Shown piece after piece: positions 8,625 to 18,101 of a DNA stretch of 64,000 nt. Below the pieces are notes generated by a model. The model made no database searches, had not been told where the DNA came from, and was given only the letters and a program-made list of their open reading frames with translations. A program made the position numbers and the translations under genes. The stretch covers positions 704,001-768,000 of the forward strand of contig CAXXFF010000002.1 of NCBI GenBank assembly GCA_963676835.2, written 5' to 3'. Origin of the DNA: Marispirochaeta sp. (GTDB lineage Bacteria; Spirochaetota; Spirochaetia; JC444; Marispirochaetaceae). Position 1 is the first letter of the stretch; the number at the start of each line of letters is the position of its first letter.

Positions 8625-11600
8625 TTACTGATCCTGTGCGGGTATTCCTGCCAGACGGAGCAGCTCGGTAAACCGGTATCCTGACTCTTCCTCTATCTTC
8701 AGCCAGTAGTGAACCATGTCGAAAATTATATGAATTTCTCCGCAGAGATTTCCCTGATTCCTGCCGGTACACCTTACTGCGGTGGCAGCAAAAAGCCACC
8801 AGATCATATCTTCGAAGCGGTCCTTGTTAAACCAGACAATGTCGTTATAGCGGTTTACCAGCAGAAAGTCCTGAATCTCAGGCTCCTCAAGCATTTGGGG
8901 CAGGATCTCTTTTATCTGGTCACTTTCGTGCCAGCCGCTCCATTCGCTGACAAGTTTCACCAGCTTTACTGCATAATCTGCCTTGCCTTCATTAAGACCG
9001 GCTCCGCGAAAGACGTCTTTCATCGGCTGGCTCAGGTGGAGGTCGTTCATGAGTGACCAGGAGGCGCTTGCAGGGCTGCCGGTATGCAGCAGTGCCGCGA
9101 GCCCCTCGGTAAGAGACCAGGCGGCGAATACCGCCGGAGCTTCTTTACGCATTTCAAAGCCCCGCAGCAGATACCCCCGTGCTCCCGCCAGCTCTTCTTC
9201 TGCAGGATCGGTGTTGTCTATTCTGTGCAGGGCCGCAGCCAGCAGGCCTGAAGCAGACTGGCGTAGAACTTCGCCGGCCTTATTCAGGATCTCCTCGGTT
9301 GCTTTGGTATTTACTGTATCTGCGGCAGCAATAAGAAAACCCCGGTATTTCTTCTCCCAGGCGGTGAGGAAATTCTCCGGAGGAATTCTTTTATGCAGAA
9401 CTGCTTCTTTAAAAGTGAATATTACCTCTTCTGTCAGGGCCGATGTCAGGGCGCTGTGAAGAGGCAGCATATGCATAAGCCGGATTTCACGGTCTATATC
9501 TATACAGCCGGATCCGCCGAGGTGTTCTGCGAGGCTGCGGAATCGACCATCGTTTGTCTCGTCAGCAATACGCAGATCAAGGAAAACCTGGCATTCGTAA
9601 GGGCCCAGTACCGCCTGCAGTCCCTGGCGTACAATGGTGCGGCAATTGCGGACAAACTCAAGGTCTCTGCCATGGAGCCGCATGACCAGCCATTTTCTCG
9701 GATTATCGGGGATATTCAATGCTTCCCCCAGGGTACACTGGTGCAGGTCTTCACCGGAATTCTTCTGCCTGTAGGGGGCAGATATGCGTATGGTGCCTGC
9801 AGCAGGCTGACTGGAGTTGTTGTACAGAACCAGAGCGGAGGTTTCATCTCTTCGGTTGGTATAGGCGAAGACGTTGCGGTTGATACCAGTGGGGCTGATG
9901 AGCTCAAAGAGGGTAAAGTTTTCCGCCTCCGCAAACAGCGGCCTCAGCTTCAGGAGGGGAAAAATCTCTCTTTCATGGCGTTCCACAAGAGCCTTATCCG
10001 CTTTTTCATTCCGGTAGGATCTTCGATACTCCATTCCGTATTTTTCGGTAAATCCCTCAATCTGTCCGTGTCCGAACATCGGCAGTCCCGGCATGGTAAC
10101 CAGCATGGTGCAGATACCGAAATACTTATCACCTGTGCCGAACTGGGCGACTGCTGTATCCTCATCGGGGTTGTTCATGAAATTGACAAAGCGCTTGAGA
10201 ATTTCCGGATCAAATTCAAGGGTATTTTTAAGGGTCTGCTGATACTTTTCGTTTTCCTCGTTTTTCAGCATGTTCATGAAAGCGGAGTTGTAGACCCGGT
10301 GCATTCCCAGGGAACGGACGAAGTAGCCCTCCATCATCCAGAAGGCCTCTGCCAGAAGCAGGGTGCCCGGAACCTCAGCGGCTACCCGGTCTACCACATC
10401 CCGCCAGAACTCTGCCGGAAGAGCCCGGTTGAAGCTTTCTTCGGAAATAGCGTGTTCCGCCCGGGAGGGGACCGCGCCCCCTTTTCCCGGTTCCGGATAC
10501 CACAGTCTGCGGATGTGTTCCCGGGCAAGGGTCATGGCGGCATCGAAACGGATTATGGGAAAGTTCCTGGCTACCTGGAGAATTGTCTGAATGACCGCTT
10601 CACGGACTTCCGGGTTCAGGTAGTTGAGCTGGGCTGTGTCATTCCAGGGCATGTGGGTACCGTCATTCCCGTGATATATGTAGCGGACCCTTCCGCTGGA
10701 AAGATCCTCATGCCTGAATACCACGGCAGCATCGGTCTGATCGAAATAGTGATCTTCCAGATTGATCCGGAATCTGCTGTCGGGGGAGAGGTCCTCACCG
10801 CTGAATGTGTATGAAGGGTAGGGGGATGAGGGCAGCTGCAGGTAGTAGTCGGGATGGGCATAAATCCAGTCCGCATCCATGCCTGTGTGGTTGGGTACCA
10901 TGTCGCTTGCTATGCGGATACCATACTTGCCCGCCTTTATGCGCAGGGCTTCCAGGGCTTTCCAGCCCCCCAGTTCTTCGCTTATTTCATAGTTTTTCAG
11001 TGAGTAGGCGGAAGCCTCCGCGTCGGGATTGCCGCATAGATGCTTTATTCTCTTTGAGGCATCACTCCGCTGCCAGAGGCCGATAAGCCAGAGGGCGGTA
11101 AAGCCCCTGGAAGCCAGGGTTTCCAGCTCTTTATCCGGAATTTCATCCAGCCGGGTAAGGTTCCTGCTTTCTTTAAGGGAAATCTGATGCAGCCAGACCA
11201 GGGTATTTTTTGCAAGCATTATTACATTAGGCATCCATGACTGGTCTTCGCTGAATCCTTCCCGGTCATCCGGGGAGTAGACATAGGCGTGCTGTTCTCC
11301 GGGGCCGCCGCCGAACCAGGGGCGCTCCTCTTCTTCCAGTACCCCCAGGGTGCTCAGGAGATCGGTATACACATCTCCCCCGGCAAAAAGGGATGCCCAG
11401 CGGCTGCGGATATATTCGAGCTGGCTGCGGACGGATTCCGGGTGCAGGGTAAATGGGGTTCGCAGCAGAGTAAGTACTCCCGTATCTTTTGCAGCCAGTT
11501 TTTCGTCTGGAGAGAAAAGGGTTTCCGCTGCCTCTACTGCTTTCATGTAGTCTGTTGATTTTTTCAGTTCACCGTCATCTGCCAGCTCCCGGATTTTCTC

Positions 11601-12032
11601 CGCCGCCGGATTTTCGTTTATTAAAGCAGTGCAGAGAAGGTCCAGGATAAGTTCCTGCCCGGCGGGATGAGACTCTTCCCGGGGGGAAAAAATTTCCAGA
11701 AATCCTTTGGTAAGGCTTTCTGCGCTTTTTTTTCTATTCTCTGTCCCGGCAGAATCCGGCAGCAGTTTTACCAGTCCCTGACTGCTCAGATCTGATCCCG
11801 GTTTGAGAAACATATGCAGCAGGGTGCGGTAGATGCGGTCAAGCATGGCAAGACCGTAGAGCTCCGCTCCCCGCAGGCTCTTTTCCGGTTCTGCCGCCGT
11901 GCGGTTTATGCTGTTTACCTTGTGACTGATGGTTCGCGCCGCATTGAAGGTGGAGAGATCAATCCTTCCCCGCGAATCCAGCAGGCTATGGTCGAGGCTG
12001 AATTTTTCCCTGGCAGATCGCCGTATTATCAC
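8625..12032 (-). CDS. Large alpha-amylase family (GH13) glycoside hydrolase
   Basis: SDMVPNHTG (region I), IRFDAAM (nucleophile), LLAEAFW (acid/base) and FMNNPDE (region IV). Confidence 0.88.
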   Translation of the reverse strand: MIIRRSAREKFSLDHSLLDSRGRIDLSTFNAARTISHKVNSINRTAAEPEKSLRGAELYGLAMLDRIYRTLLHMFLKPGSDLSSQGLVKLLPDSAGTENRKKSAESLTKGFLEIFSPREESHPAGQELILDLLCTALINENPAAEKIRELADDGELKKSTDYMKAVEAAETLFSPDEKLAAKDTGVLTLLRTPFTLHPESVRSQLEYIRSRWASLFAGGDVYTDLLSTLGVLEEEERPWFGGGPGEQHAYVYSPDDREGFSEDQSWMPNVIMLAKNTLVWLHQISLKESRNLTRLDEIPDKELETLASRGFTALWLIGLWQRSDASKRIKHLCGNPDAEASAYSLKNYEISEELGGWKALEALRIKAGKYGIRIASDMVPNHTGMDADWIYAHPDYYLQLPSSPYPSYTFSGEDLSPDSRFRINLEDHYFDQTDAAVVFRHEDLSSGRVRYIYHGNDGTHMPWNDTAQLNYLNPEVREAVIQTILQVARNFPIIRFDAAMTLAREHIRRLWYPEPGKGGAVPSRAEHAISEESFNRALPAEFWRDVVDRVAAEVPGTLLLAEAFWMMEGYFVRSLGMHRVYNSAFMNMLKNEENEKYQQTLKNTLEFDPEILKRFVNFMNNPDEDTAVAQFGTGDKYFGICTMLVTMPGLPMFGHGQIEGFTEKYGMEYRRSYRNEKADKALVERHEREIFPLLKLRPLFAEAENFTLFELISPTGINRNVFAYTNRRDETSALVLYNNSSQPAAGTIRISAPYRQKNSGEDLHQCTLGEALNIPDNPRKWLVMRLHGRDLEFVRNCRTIVRQGLQAVLGPYECQVFLDLRIADETNDGRFRSLAEHLGGSGCIDIDREIRLMHMLPLHSALTSALTEEVIFTFKEAVLHKRIPPENFLTAWEKKYRGFLIAAADTVNTKATEEILNKAGEVLRQSASGLLAAALHRIDNTDPAEEELAGARGYLLRGFEMRKEAPAVFAAWSLTEGLAALLHTGSPASASWSLMNDLHLSQPMKDVFRGAGLNEGKADYAVKLVKLVSEWSGWHESDQIKEILPQMLEEPEIQDFLLVNRYNDIVWFNKDRFEDMIWWLFAATAVRCTGRNQGNLCGEIHIIFDMVHYWLKIEEESGYRFTELLRLAGIPAQDQ

Positions 12033-15000
12033 TGCTGCTTCTCCGTCCGGCGGATCCGGTGTTCGCTGTTTTCTTCAGCAGCAGTTTTTGCCTGTTCTGT
12101 CCTGCTTTTTTCTTCCAGCTCTCTGGCGTTGATGATCAGCATCTGCAACCGGTTTTCAACGTTGGCAAGGCTTGTGTCGGGGTCAAAATCGAGGGAGAGA
12201 ATCTGAATATGGGGCAGTCTCTTTTTAACGGATTTTATTATTCCCCGGCCGGTAATATGGTTGGGAAGACAGCCGAAGGGCTGGATTATTATAAATGAGT
12301 TTACCCCTTTGGAGGACTGCTCGATGATATCCGCCGGAATAAGCCAGCCTTTACCGGAGTTGAAGACCTTGTCCACCAGGCCGTCTACATGCTTTGCCAG
12401 ATCGTGGTAGCGGTCTTTCTGTTCATAGAAGCGGAAATTCCGGTTGATCTCTTCAATAGTATCCAGACCGGTATCGATTAGATGGTCGGTTATTAAGGTC
12501 TGGACTGTTTCTGCGAAGGGAAAATGGACATAGAAGCGGCGCATGGACTCTTTTATGGTGGCTGCATCTTTCTTGAACACATCGATCATGGGGGGCATTA
12601 CCACTTCCATGCCGTTGTCTTCAAGGTACTGCTCAATGTGGGCGTTGGAAACGGGGTGATAGTTTATGAGGATTTCTCCGATAACAAAAACCCGGGGTTT
12701 TCTCTCACTGCTCTTTAACGGTATTGCGTTAAAGGCGTCTACGGCGTTTCTGTATTCCTTTAACACGTTGCCGATTCCCTTTACGTAGGCTTCGCCTATG
12801 CGTTCCAGGCAGTGGCGATGCACCCGGTCGGTTTCACCTTTGTGTTCTTCGTAGGGGCGGATTCTGCGGGCCATGGCATCGATTCCGTCACCCACAAATA
12901 TGGCCCAGACCTCACGGTAGAGAAAGCTCAGGCCCAGTTTAAGGCCGGGATGCATTCCCGCTTTATCCTTTCCGGTGGTAATTATAGGAACATCCTTGTA
13001 GCCCGCATCGTCCAGGGCCTTCCGGGCCACTGCGGCATACTGAGCCAGACGGCAGTCGCATTCTGCGTGGGCCAGACCCAGGGCGTAATCCTCGGGCTTT
13101 CCGGATTTCTCAATATAATCCAGGGCTTCGCCTATATTGAGCTGGGCGGGGAAACACATGTCGTTATGTACATATTTCTTTCCCAGCTCCACCGCCCGGG
13201 GGCTTGCCAGCGGCAGGGGCTGGGCTTTGTATCCTTCCCTGCGCAGGACTGCACTGGTGAGGTGAGTAAAGGTCGGACTCAGATTGGGGACAAGGATGGT
13301 TTTCTCTTTGCGGTGTGCCTTGTTGTATTTGGCCGCATAGGGGTGAGAGAGCTCACCTTTTTTTGATCCGGCTTCTTCCTGAAGGCGCTGCCGTTTGGCC
13401 CGTACGGTCTCTATAAAGGATTTCACCCGTATATTGAGGGGCCCCGGAACATCCGATTCATCAAGCTTGAGAATGAGGGGGTCCTTGCCGCCGATCTCTT
13501 TCATAATGCGGATAATTTCGTCGGATATTACCGCATCATGGCCGCAGCCGAAGCTGACAATCTGGGCAAGCTCAAGGGCAGGGTGCTCCGCCGCCGCCAG
13601 GGCGGCCTCAAACATGCGTACATGGAAGTTGATAACCGTTTCGCCCCGCACCCGGGAGATATCCACCTCGTTGAATCCGGGGAGGCTGTCCAGGGTAAGG
13701 ACGGGAATATTCTGACGGGTAAAGAAGCGGGAAAGATCGTGGTTTACCAGGAAGTCATTATGATAGGGACGCCCTGCAAGAACCACGGCGAAGGTGCCGT
13801 TTTTCTCTGCCTCTTCGAGGATGGCTGTGCCTTCAGCCTGCATGGTGTCCTGAAACTCCTGCTGGGCCCGGTCCGCCTCGGCAATTGCCTGTTTTACCGT
13901 GGCAAAGGGAATATTGAAGGTGGAGGCAAAGTAGTCCCGAAGCTGTTTGTTTCTGGAGTTTTTATCGTACCAGTGAAAAGCGGGTGTATCCATGGGGATG
14001 CCGTGGAGGGCTTCCGGTTCATGACTCTCTTTGAGAATGAGAGGGTAGCCCTGCACTACCGAGCAGAGATAGTTGCTCACTGCCCCGCGGTTTTCGGACT
14101 CCACCCGCAGCATCATGGGCATGAAGATGCGGTCCACTTTTTTATCCAGCAGATCCAGCAGGTGTCCGTGGGCAACCTTGCCGGGGAAACAGGCCGTATC
14201 GGAGGGGACAAACTTCAGTCCCTCTTCATAGCGTTTCTGGCTGCTTTCTGCGGAGAGGCTGATTTTAAAACCCAGGGAGGTGAAAAGGCTGTTCCAGAAG
14301 GGCATGCTATTCCAGAACTCCAGTACCCGGGGGATTCCTATGGTGTATTCCTTGGGGGGGCTTAAGGGCCTTGGATTATAATCGGCAAAAACCAGTTCCC
14401 TGCGGCGGCGCATCATATCCGGAACTGAATTGAGCTTTCTTCCTGCAGCTTTGAGTTTCTGCCGTACTTCAGGATCTTTCGCATCGCCGATTATTTCTCC
14501 CCGTTCACAGCGGTTGCCGGTAACAAAGGTTGAACCGTCGGCAAAGGTAACCAGCGTACGGCTGCAGTTGTTGGAGCAGAAGGGACAGATGTAACCCGGC
14601 TCCTTGGTAAAGGTAAAACTACCAAGGCCTTCCCGTCCGATAAAGGATGACGCTCCCGGATATTTCAGTTTCTCTTTTTTGGTAAGCAGGGCAATTCCGA
14701 TGGCTCCCATTTCGCCGGGAAAAGGTGCCCGGGTTATGGTTTTGCCCGAATACTGTTCAAAGGCACGGAGGACCGCATCATTCTTGAAGGTTCCCCCCTG
14801 CACTACCAGGGAATCTCCCAGGGAATCAAGGTTGGCGACCCGGATAACCTTGGTAAAGACATTCTCTATGATTGATTTGCAGAGTCCCGCCATAATGTCA
14901 TCGGGACTCTTGCCGTTTTTCTGCTCCGTAATGATGGATGAGTTCATGAAGATGGTACACCGGGAACCCAGCTTGGCTGGTGCCTCGGAACTGAAGGCTT

Positions 15001-16468
15001 TTTCCGCAATCTCCTGTACGGGAATCTCCAGGGAGTTGGCGTAGGTTTCAATAAAGGATCCGCAGCCGGCGGAACAGGCCTCATTCAGCACAATGCCGGT
15101 AACAATGCCGCCGGCAAGACTGATTGCCTTCATATCCTGGCCGCCGATGTCCAGAATAAAGCTGGCGTCGGGGCGGTATTTAACTGCGGCCTCCGCGTGG
15201 GATACAGTTTCCACGGTATGATAGTCCGCCCGGAAGGCGGCGGCAAAAAGGCCTTCGCCGTAACCGGTGGTTCCGGCACCAAGAATTTTTAAGGTTATGC
15301 CCTTTTCTTCATAATGGTTAAAACACTGGTTCAGGCCCATGCGGATTATGTTCAGGGGGTCACCATTGTTAGGCGAGTAAAAGCGGTAGACCACCTCTTC
15401 TTCCTCGTTGAGCAGAACAAACTTGGAAGTGGTGGAGCCTGCATCAATGCCAAGATAGACTGGGAGTTCTGTTTCCTGAGGGTATTCCGGCGGCTGAAAC
15501 TCCGGAGCGGGGTGTCGCTTGTGAAAAGCTTCTTTTTCAGCTGCTGATGCAAACAGCGGTGCCGCTTCATAATCGCCGGCATCGGCGTAATCCCCCTGGG
15601 GACGGGCCAGAGCCTTCATGGCGGCAGTCTCGTCGTAGCGGTTTTCAGCTCTGTCGAACATAACTCCCACAGAGAGGGCGGTACCGTAGGCAACGATAAC
15701 CTCAGGACGGTCGGGGAGGATTATCTGGTTTTCTTCCAGGCCGAGACGTTCGGCGAAGACCCGGATCAGCATGGGGTTGAAGGTGAGGGGGCCGCCTTCG
15801 AAGATTACCGGCGGAACTATTTCCATTCCCTGAGCAAGGCCGCCGATGGTCTGTTTGGCAATGGCATGAAAGGTGGAGAGGGCAATGTCCTCCCGGGATA
15901 CTCCCTGATTCAGCAGGGGCTGGATATCGGTTTTTGCAAAAACCCCGCAGCGTCCGGAAATTGGATAGACCGTTTTTCCCCGTTCGGCATAGCTGTTGAA
16001 CTCCGTGGAGGTAATCTTCAGCAGGCTGGCTACTTCGTCTATAAAGGCTCCTGTGCCGCCGGCACAGGAGCCGTTCATACGCATGTCCGATGCCATCAGC
16101 TGGCCGGAGTGCTGGTCATGATGAAAGAAAACCACCTTTGCATCCTGGCCGCCCAGCTCTATGGCTACCCGGGTATCGGGAAAAAATTCCCGGATTGCCA
16201 GGGAGTTGGCTACAACTTCCTGGATGTAATGGGCTTCGATGGCTTTGGCTATGATTCTTCCGCCGGAGCCGCAGACGGCAACATTAAAGCGGGCATCGGG
16301 AAATTTATCGTGGGCTTCCGCCAGCAGTTCCCGGGCACAGGCGGATTGTTTGGCTCCGTGACGGCGGTAGACTGCGTGCAGCAGTTTTCGGGTTTCCGGT
16401 TCTATTACGGCTATTTTCAGGGTAGTGGAGCCGACATCAATACCGGCCCATAGAGTATCAGGATTCAT
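12029..16468 (-). CDS. 2-hydroxyacyl-CoA dehydratase activase fusion (two BadF/BadG/BcrA/BcrD ASKHA domains + DUF2229 + dehydratase-like domain)
   Basis: GIDVGSTT and GIDAGSTT, IELGGQDAK and LDIGGQDMK, MNGSCAGGTG, LNEACSAGCG, SDTACFPGKVAHGH, SFGCGHD and QPFGCLPNH. Confidence 0.9.
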   Translation of the reverse strand: MNPDTLWAGIDVGSTTLKIAVIEPETRKLLHAVYRRHGAKQSACARELLAEAHDKFPDARFNVAVCGSGGRIIAKAIEAHYIQEVVANSLAIREFFPDTRVAIELGGQDAKVVFFHHDQHSGQLMASDMRMNGSCAGGTGAFIDEVASLLKITSTEFNSYAERGKTVYPISGRCGVFAKTDIQPLLNQGVSREDIALSTFHAIAKQTIGGLAQGMEIVPPVIFEGGPLTFNPMLIRVFAERLGLEENQIILPDRPEVIVAYGTALSVGVMFDRAENRYDETAAMKALARPQGDYADAGDYEAAPLFASAAEKEAFHKRHPAPEFQPPEYPQETELPVYLGIDAGSTTSKFVLLNEEEEVVYRFYSPNNGDPLNIIRMGLNQCFNHYEEKGITLKILGAGTTGYGEGLFAAAFRADYHTVETVSHAEAAVKYRPDASFILDIGGQDMKAISLAGGIVTGIVLNEACSAGCGSFIETYANSLEIPVQEIAEKAFSSEAPAKLGSRCTIFMNSSIITEQKNGKSPDDIMAGLCKSIIENVFTKVIRVANLDSLGDSLVVQGGTFKNDAVLRAFEQYSGKTITRAPFPGEMGAIGIALLTKKEKLKYPGASSFIGREGLGSFTFTKEPGYICPFCSNNCSRTLVTFADGSTFVTGNRCERGEIIGDAKDPEVRQKLKAAGRKLNSVPDMMRRRRELVFADYNPRPLSPPKEYTIGIPRVLEFWNSMPFWNSLFTSLGFKISLSAESSQKRYEEGLKFVPSDTACFPGKVAHGHLLDLLDKKVDRIFMPMMLRVESENRGAVSNYLCSVVQGYPLILKESHEPEALHGIPMDTPAFHWYDKNSRNKQLRDYFASTFNIPFATVKQAIAEADRAQQEFQDTMQAEGTAILEEAEKNGTFAVVLAGRPYHNDFLVNHDLSRFFTRQNIPVLTLDSLPGFNEVDISRVRGETVINFHVRMFEAALAAAEHPALELAQIVSFGCGHDAVISDEIIRIMKEIGGKDPLILKLDESDVPGPLNIRVKSFIETVRAKRQRLQEEAGSKKGELSHPYAAKYNKAHRKEKTILVPNLSPTFTHLTSAVLRREGYKAQPLPLASPRAVELGKKYVHNDMCFPAQLNIGEALDYIEKSGKPEDYALGLAHAECDCRLAQYAAVARKALDDAGYKDVPIITTGKDKAGMHPGLKLGLSFLYREVWAIFVGDGIDAMARRIRPYEEHKGETDRVHRHCLERIGEAYVKGIGNVLKEYRNAVDAFNAIPLKSSERKPRVFVIGEILINYHPVSNAHIEQYLEDNGMEVVMPPMIDVFKKDAATIKESMRRFYVHFPFAETVQTLITDHLIDTGLDTIEEINRNFRFYEQKDRYHDLAKHVDGLVDKVFNSGKGWLIPADIIEQSSKGVNSFIIIQPFGCLPNHITGRGIIKSVKKRLPHIQILSLDFDPDTSLANVENRLQMLIINARELEEKSRTEQAKTAAEENSEHRIRRTEKQQ

Positions 16469-16842
16469 GTATCCCTCTTTTCAGACAGATTTACGTTTAT
16501 CATGCTTCGGTTTGAGCGAAGCCCAGGATGTTCGAATAGAGTATGTTGATACTGAAAAGGTAGTGATTTATTGCCTCTTTGTCGACACTTTGGCAGGTAT
16601 ATAGGTTGATTATCCAATTCCCCCGGTTGTGGAAGGTGGTTCTACAACATCTACGGCGCTCAGCAGAAGTTGGCCCAAACACTGCTTTCAAGTAGTGATA
16701 AGCAATTGGGTGCTGTTCTTTTGCAAAACAGACGAAGGCATTGCTGGTGGGAACCTTTATGCCTGTTCTATAATTGTATTTCACCAGAGTTGCAAGAAAT
16801 AACTTTGGGCTGGTTATTGTTGTATATAGAATATTAAGCTAC

Positions 16843-17223
16843 TTAGTGCTTTAAGAGCATGTTTTTCAAAATATAAATAAGAAACCAAAAATTATATATA
16901 ATATTGTATGCAATAAAGCCGTTATAATACTCATTCCTTGAATACTTAAGCGGAAAAGCCTCCATAATTTTCCCCACTGCAATAACTCGCGCCTTTCGTT
17001 CGATTGATTCTGGTGGTAATTCTAATAGACGATCAAGATGTTTATCATTCACATGGCATGAAAGGGTAAAAGCAAGCTTTTCAAGAATATTATTTGGTGG
17101 TGGTGATTCGTGCTGTGGAATTTCGCCGGCCATAACCCCGTCAATCATTTTGTTGAAAAGAACCGTTTTATAATCAATGTCATCATTCTCAGAAGAATCA
17201 GATGTCTGCTTATCGTCTGCCAT
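16843..17223 (-). CDS. Hypothetical protein in AT-rich island
   Basis: ORF from MADDKQ; hydrophobic C-terminus; no recognised motif. Confidence 0.4.
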   Translation of the reverse strand: MADDKQTSDSSENDDIDYKTVLFNKMIDGVMAGEIPQHESPPPNNILEKLAFTLSCHVNDKHLDRLLELPPESIERKARVIAVGKIMEAFPLKYSRNEYYNGFIAYNIIYNFWFLIYILKNMLLKH

Positions 17224-17472
17224 AACCAACCTGCAAATTAATATATGATAGAAACTGTAAACCATCGTAATTACAAATTATATACATCATAGCCTTTTAA
17301 AACTAATAGAAGAAAACTAAATTATTTTTATCAATTTGGAACAGTTATTGTATATTATAATCAAAGATTAAATTTGCAACAGGGCTTTGAACGATCTTGA
17401 TAAATTGTTTCGAATGTCTCTGTTGTTGACTTTTGAGGATTTATAATCATAAAATATGACTATGGCTATATA

Positions 17473-18009
17473 ATGGTAATTGTAATCAAAGAGAAAATAA
17501 AAGAGATTATTGAAAGGAACTCTGATTTATTGGTTATTCCAATCCGCCAAAGAGCAAAATTTGAAGGGTGGTTAAAGTTTGAGCTGGCTCGAATCCTAAG
17601 AAATAATGATTTTCAAGATGTTAGAGTAGAGCAGATGTATGGCAGTAGTCGAAAAAGATCTGATGTTTCATTTTGTAAAGGTGATACGGTTTACCATATT
17701 GAACTGAAAACTCCTAACACAAACTTTAAGCATGTAGCAATAGAAAGTAAGCGGAGGCCTATTACCAAGAATATTGATGCAATAATAAGTGATACGGAAA
17801 AATTACGTGTAGAAAAAGTAAAAGGAATTATTGCTTTTGTACTTTTTCCAATTAATGAAAATAGTGATGCTTGGAAAAAATATATTGAAAAAATTGAAGA
17901 CGCAGTTGACCTCCCTATGATTCTTACTAAACATTGTGAAATTTTAAAAATTAATATAGCAAATAACGTTTTTGCAAATATTGTCGTTTGTGTTTATGCG
18001 ACATATTAG
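17473..18009 (+). CDS. Putative PD-(D/E)XK restriction-endonuclease-fold protein
   Basis: FEGWLKFEL helix, then VEQ...RSDVSF...YHIELKT, matching an E...D...ExK catalytic pattern. Confidence 0.6.
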   Translation: MVIVIKEKIKEIIERNSDLLVIPIRQRAKFEGWLKFELARILRNNDFQDVRVEQMYGSSRKRSDVSFCKGDTVYHIELKTPNTNFKHVAIESKRRPITKNIDAIISDTEKLRVEKVKGIIAFVLFPINENSDAWKKYIEKIEDAVDLPMILTKHCEILKINIANNVFANIVVCVYATY

Positions 18010-18101
18010 ATTAATGAGAAATAAATTCTCATCAGCGTATATTTTTGTTTAGGTGTTTAAGCGCCTAATTGTTAATAATGATATTCCGGTGTGAGGTAGT
18101 A

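Noticed and set aside
9393..10814. 473-aa plus-strand ORF and other long antisense ORFs (for example 13538-14365, 36639-37598, 40837-41652, 53354-54220)
   Set aside because: Shadow frames opposite well-supported genes, with no motifs.
16500..16784. 94-aa minus-strand ORF at the island's left edge
   Set aside because: No RBS or motif and no recognisable protein in other frames; treated as non-coding or decayed.
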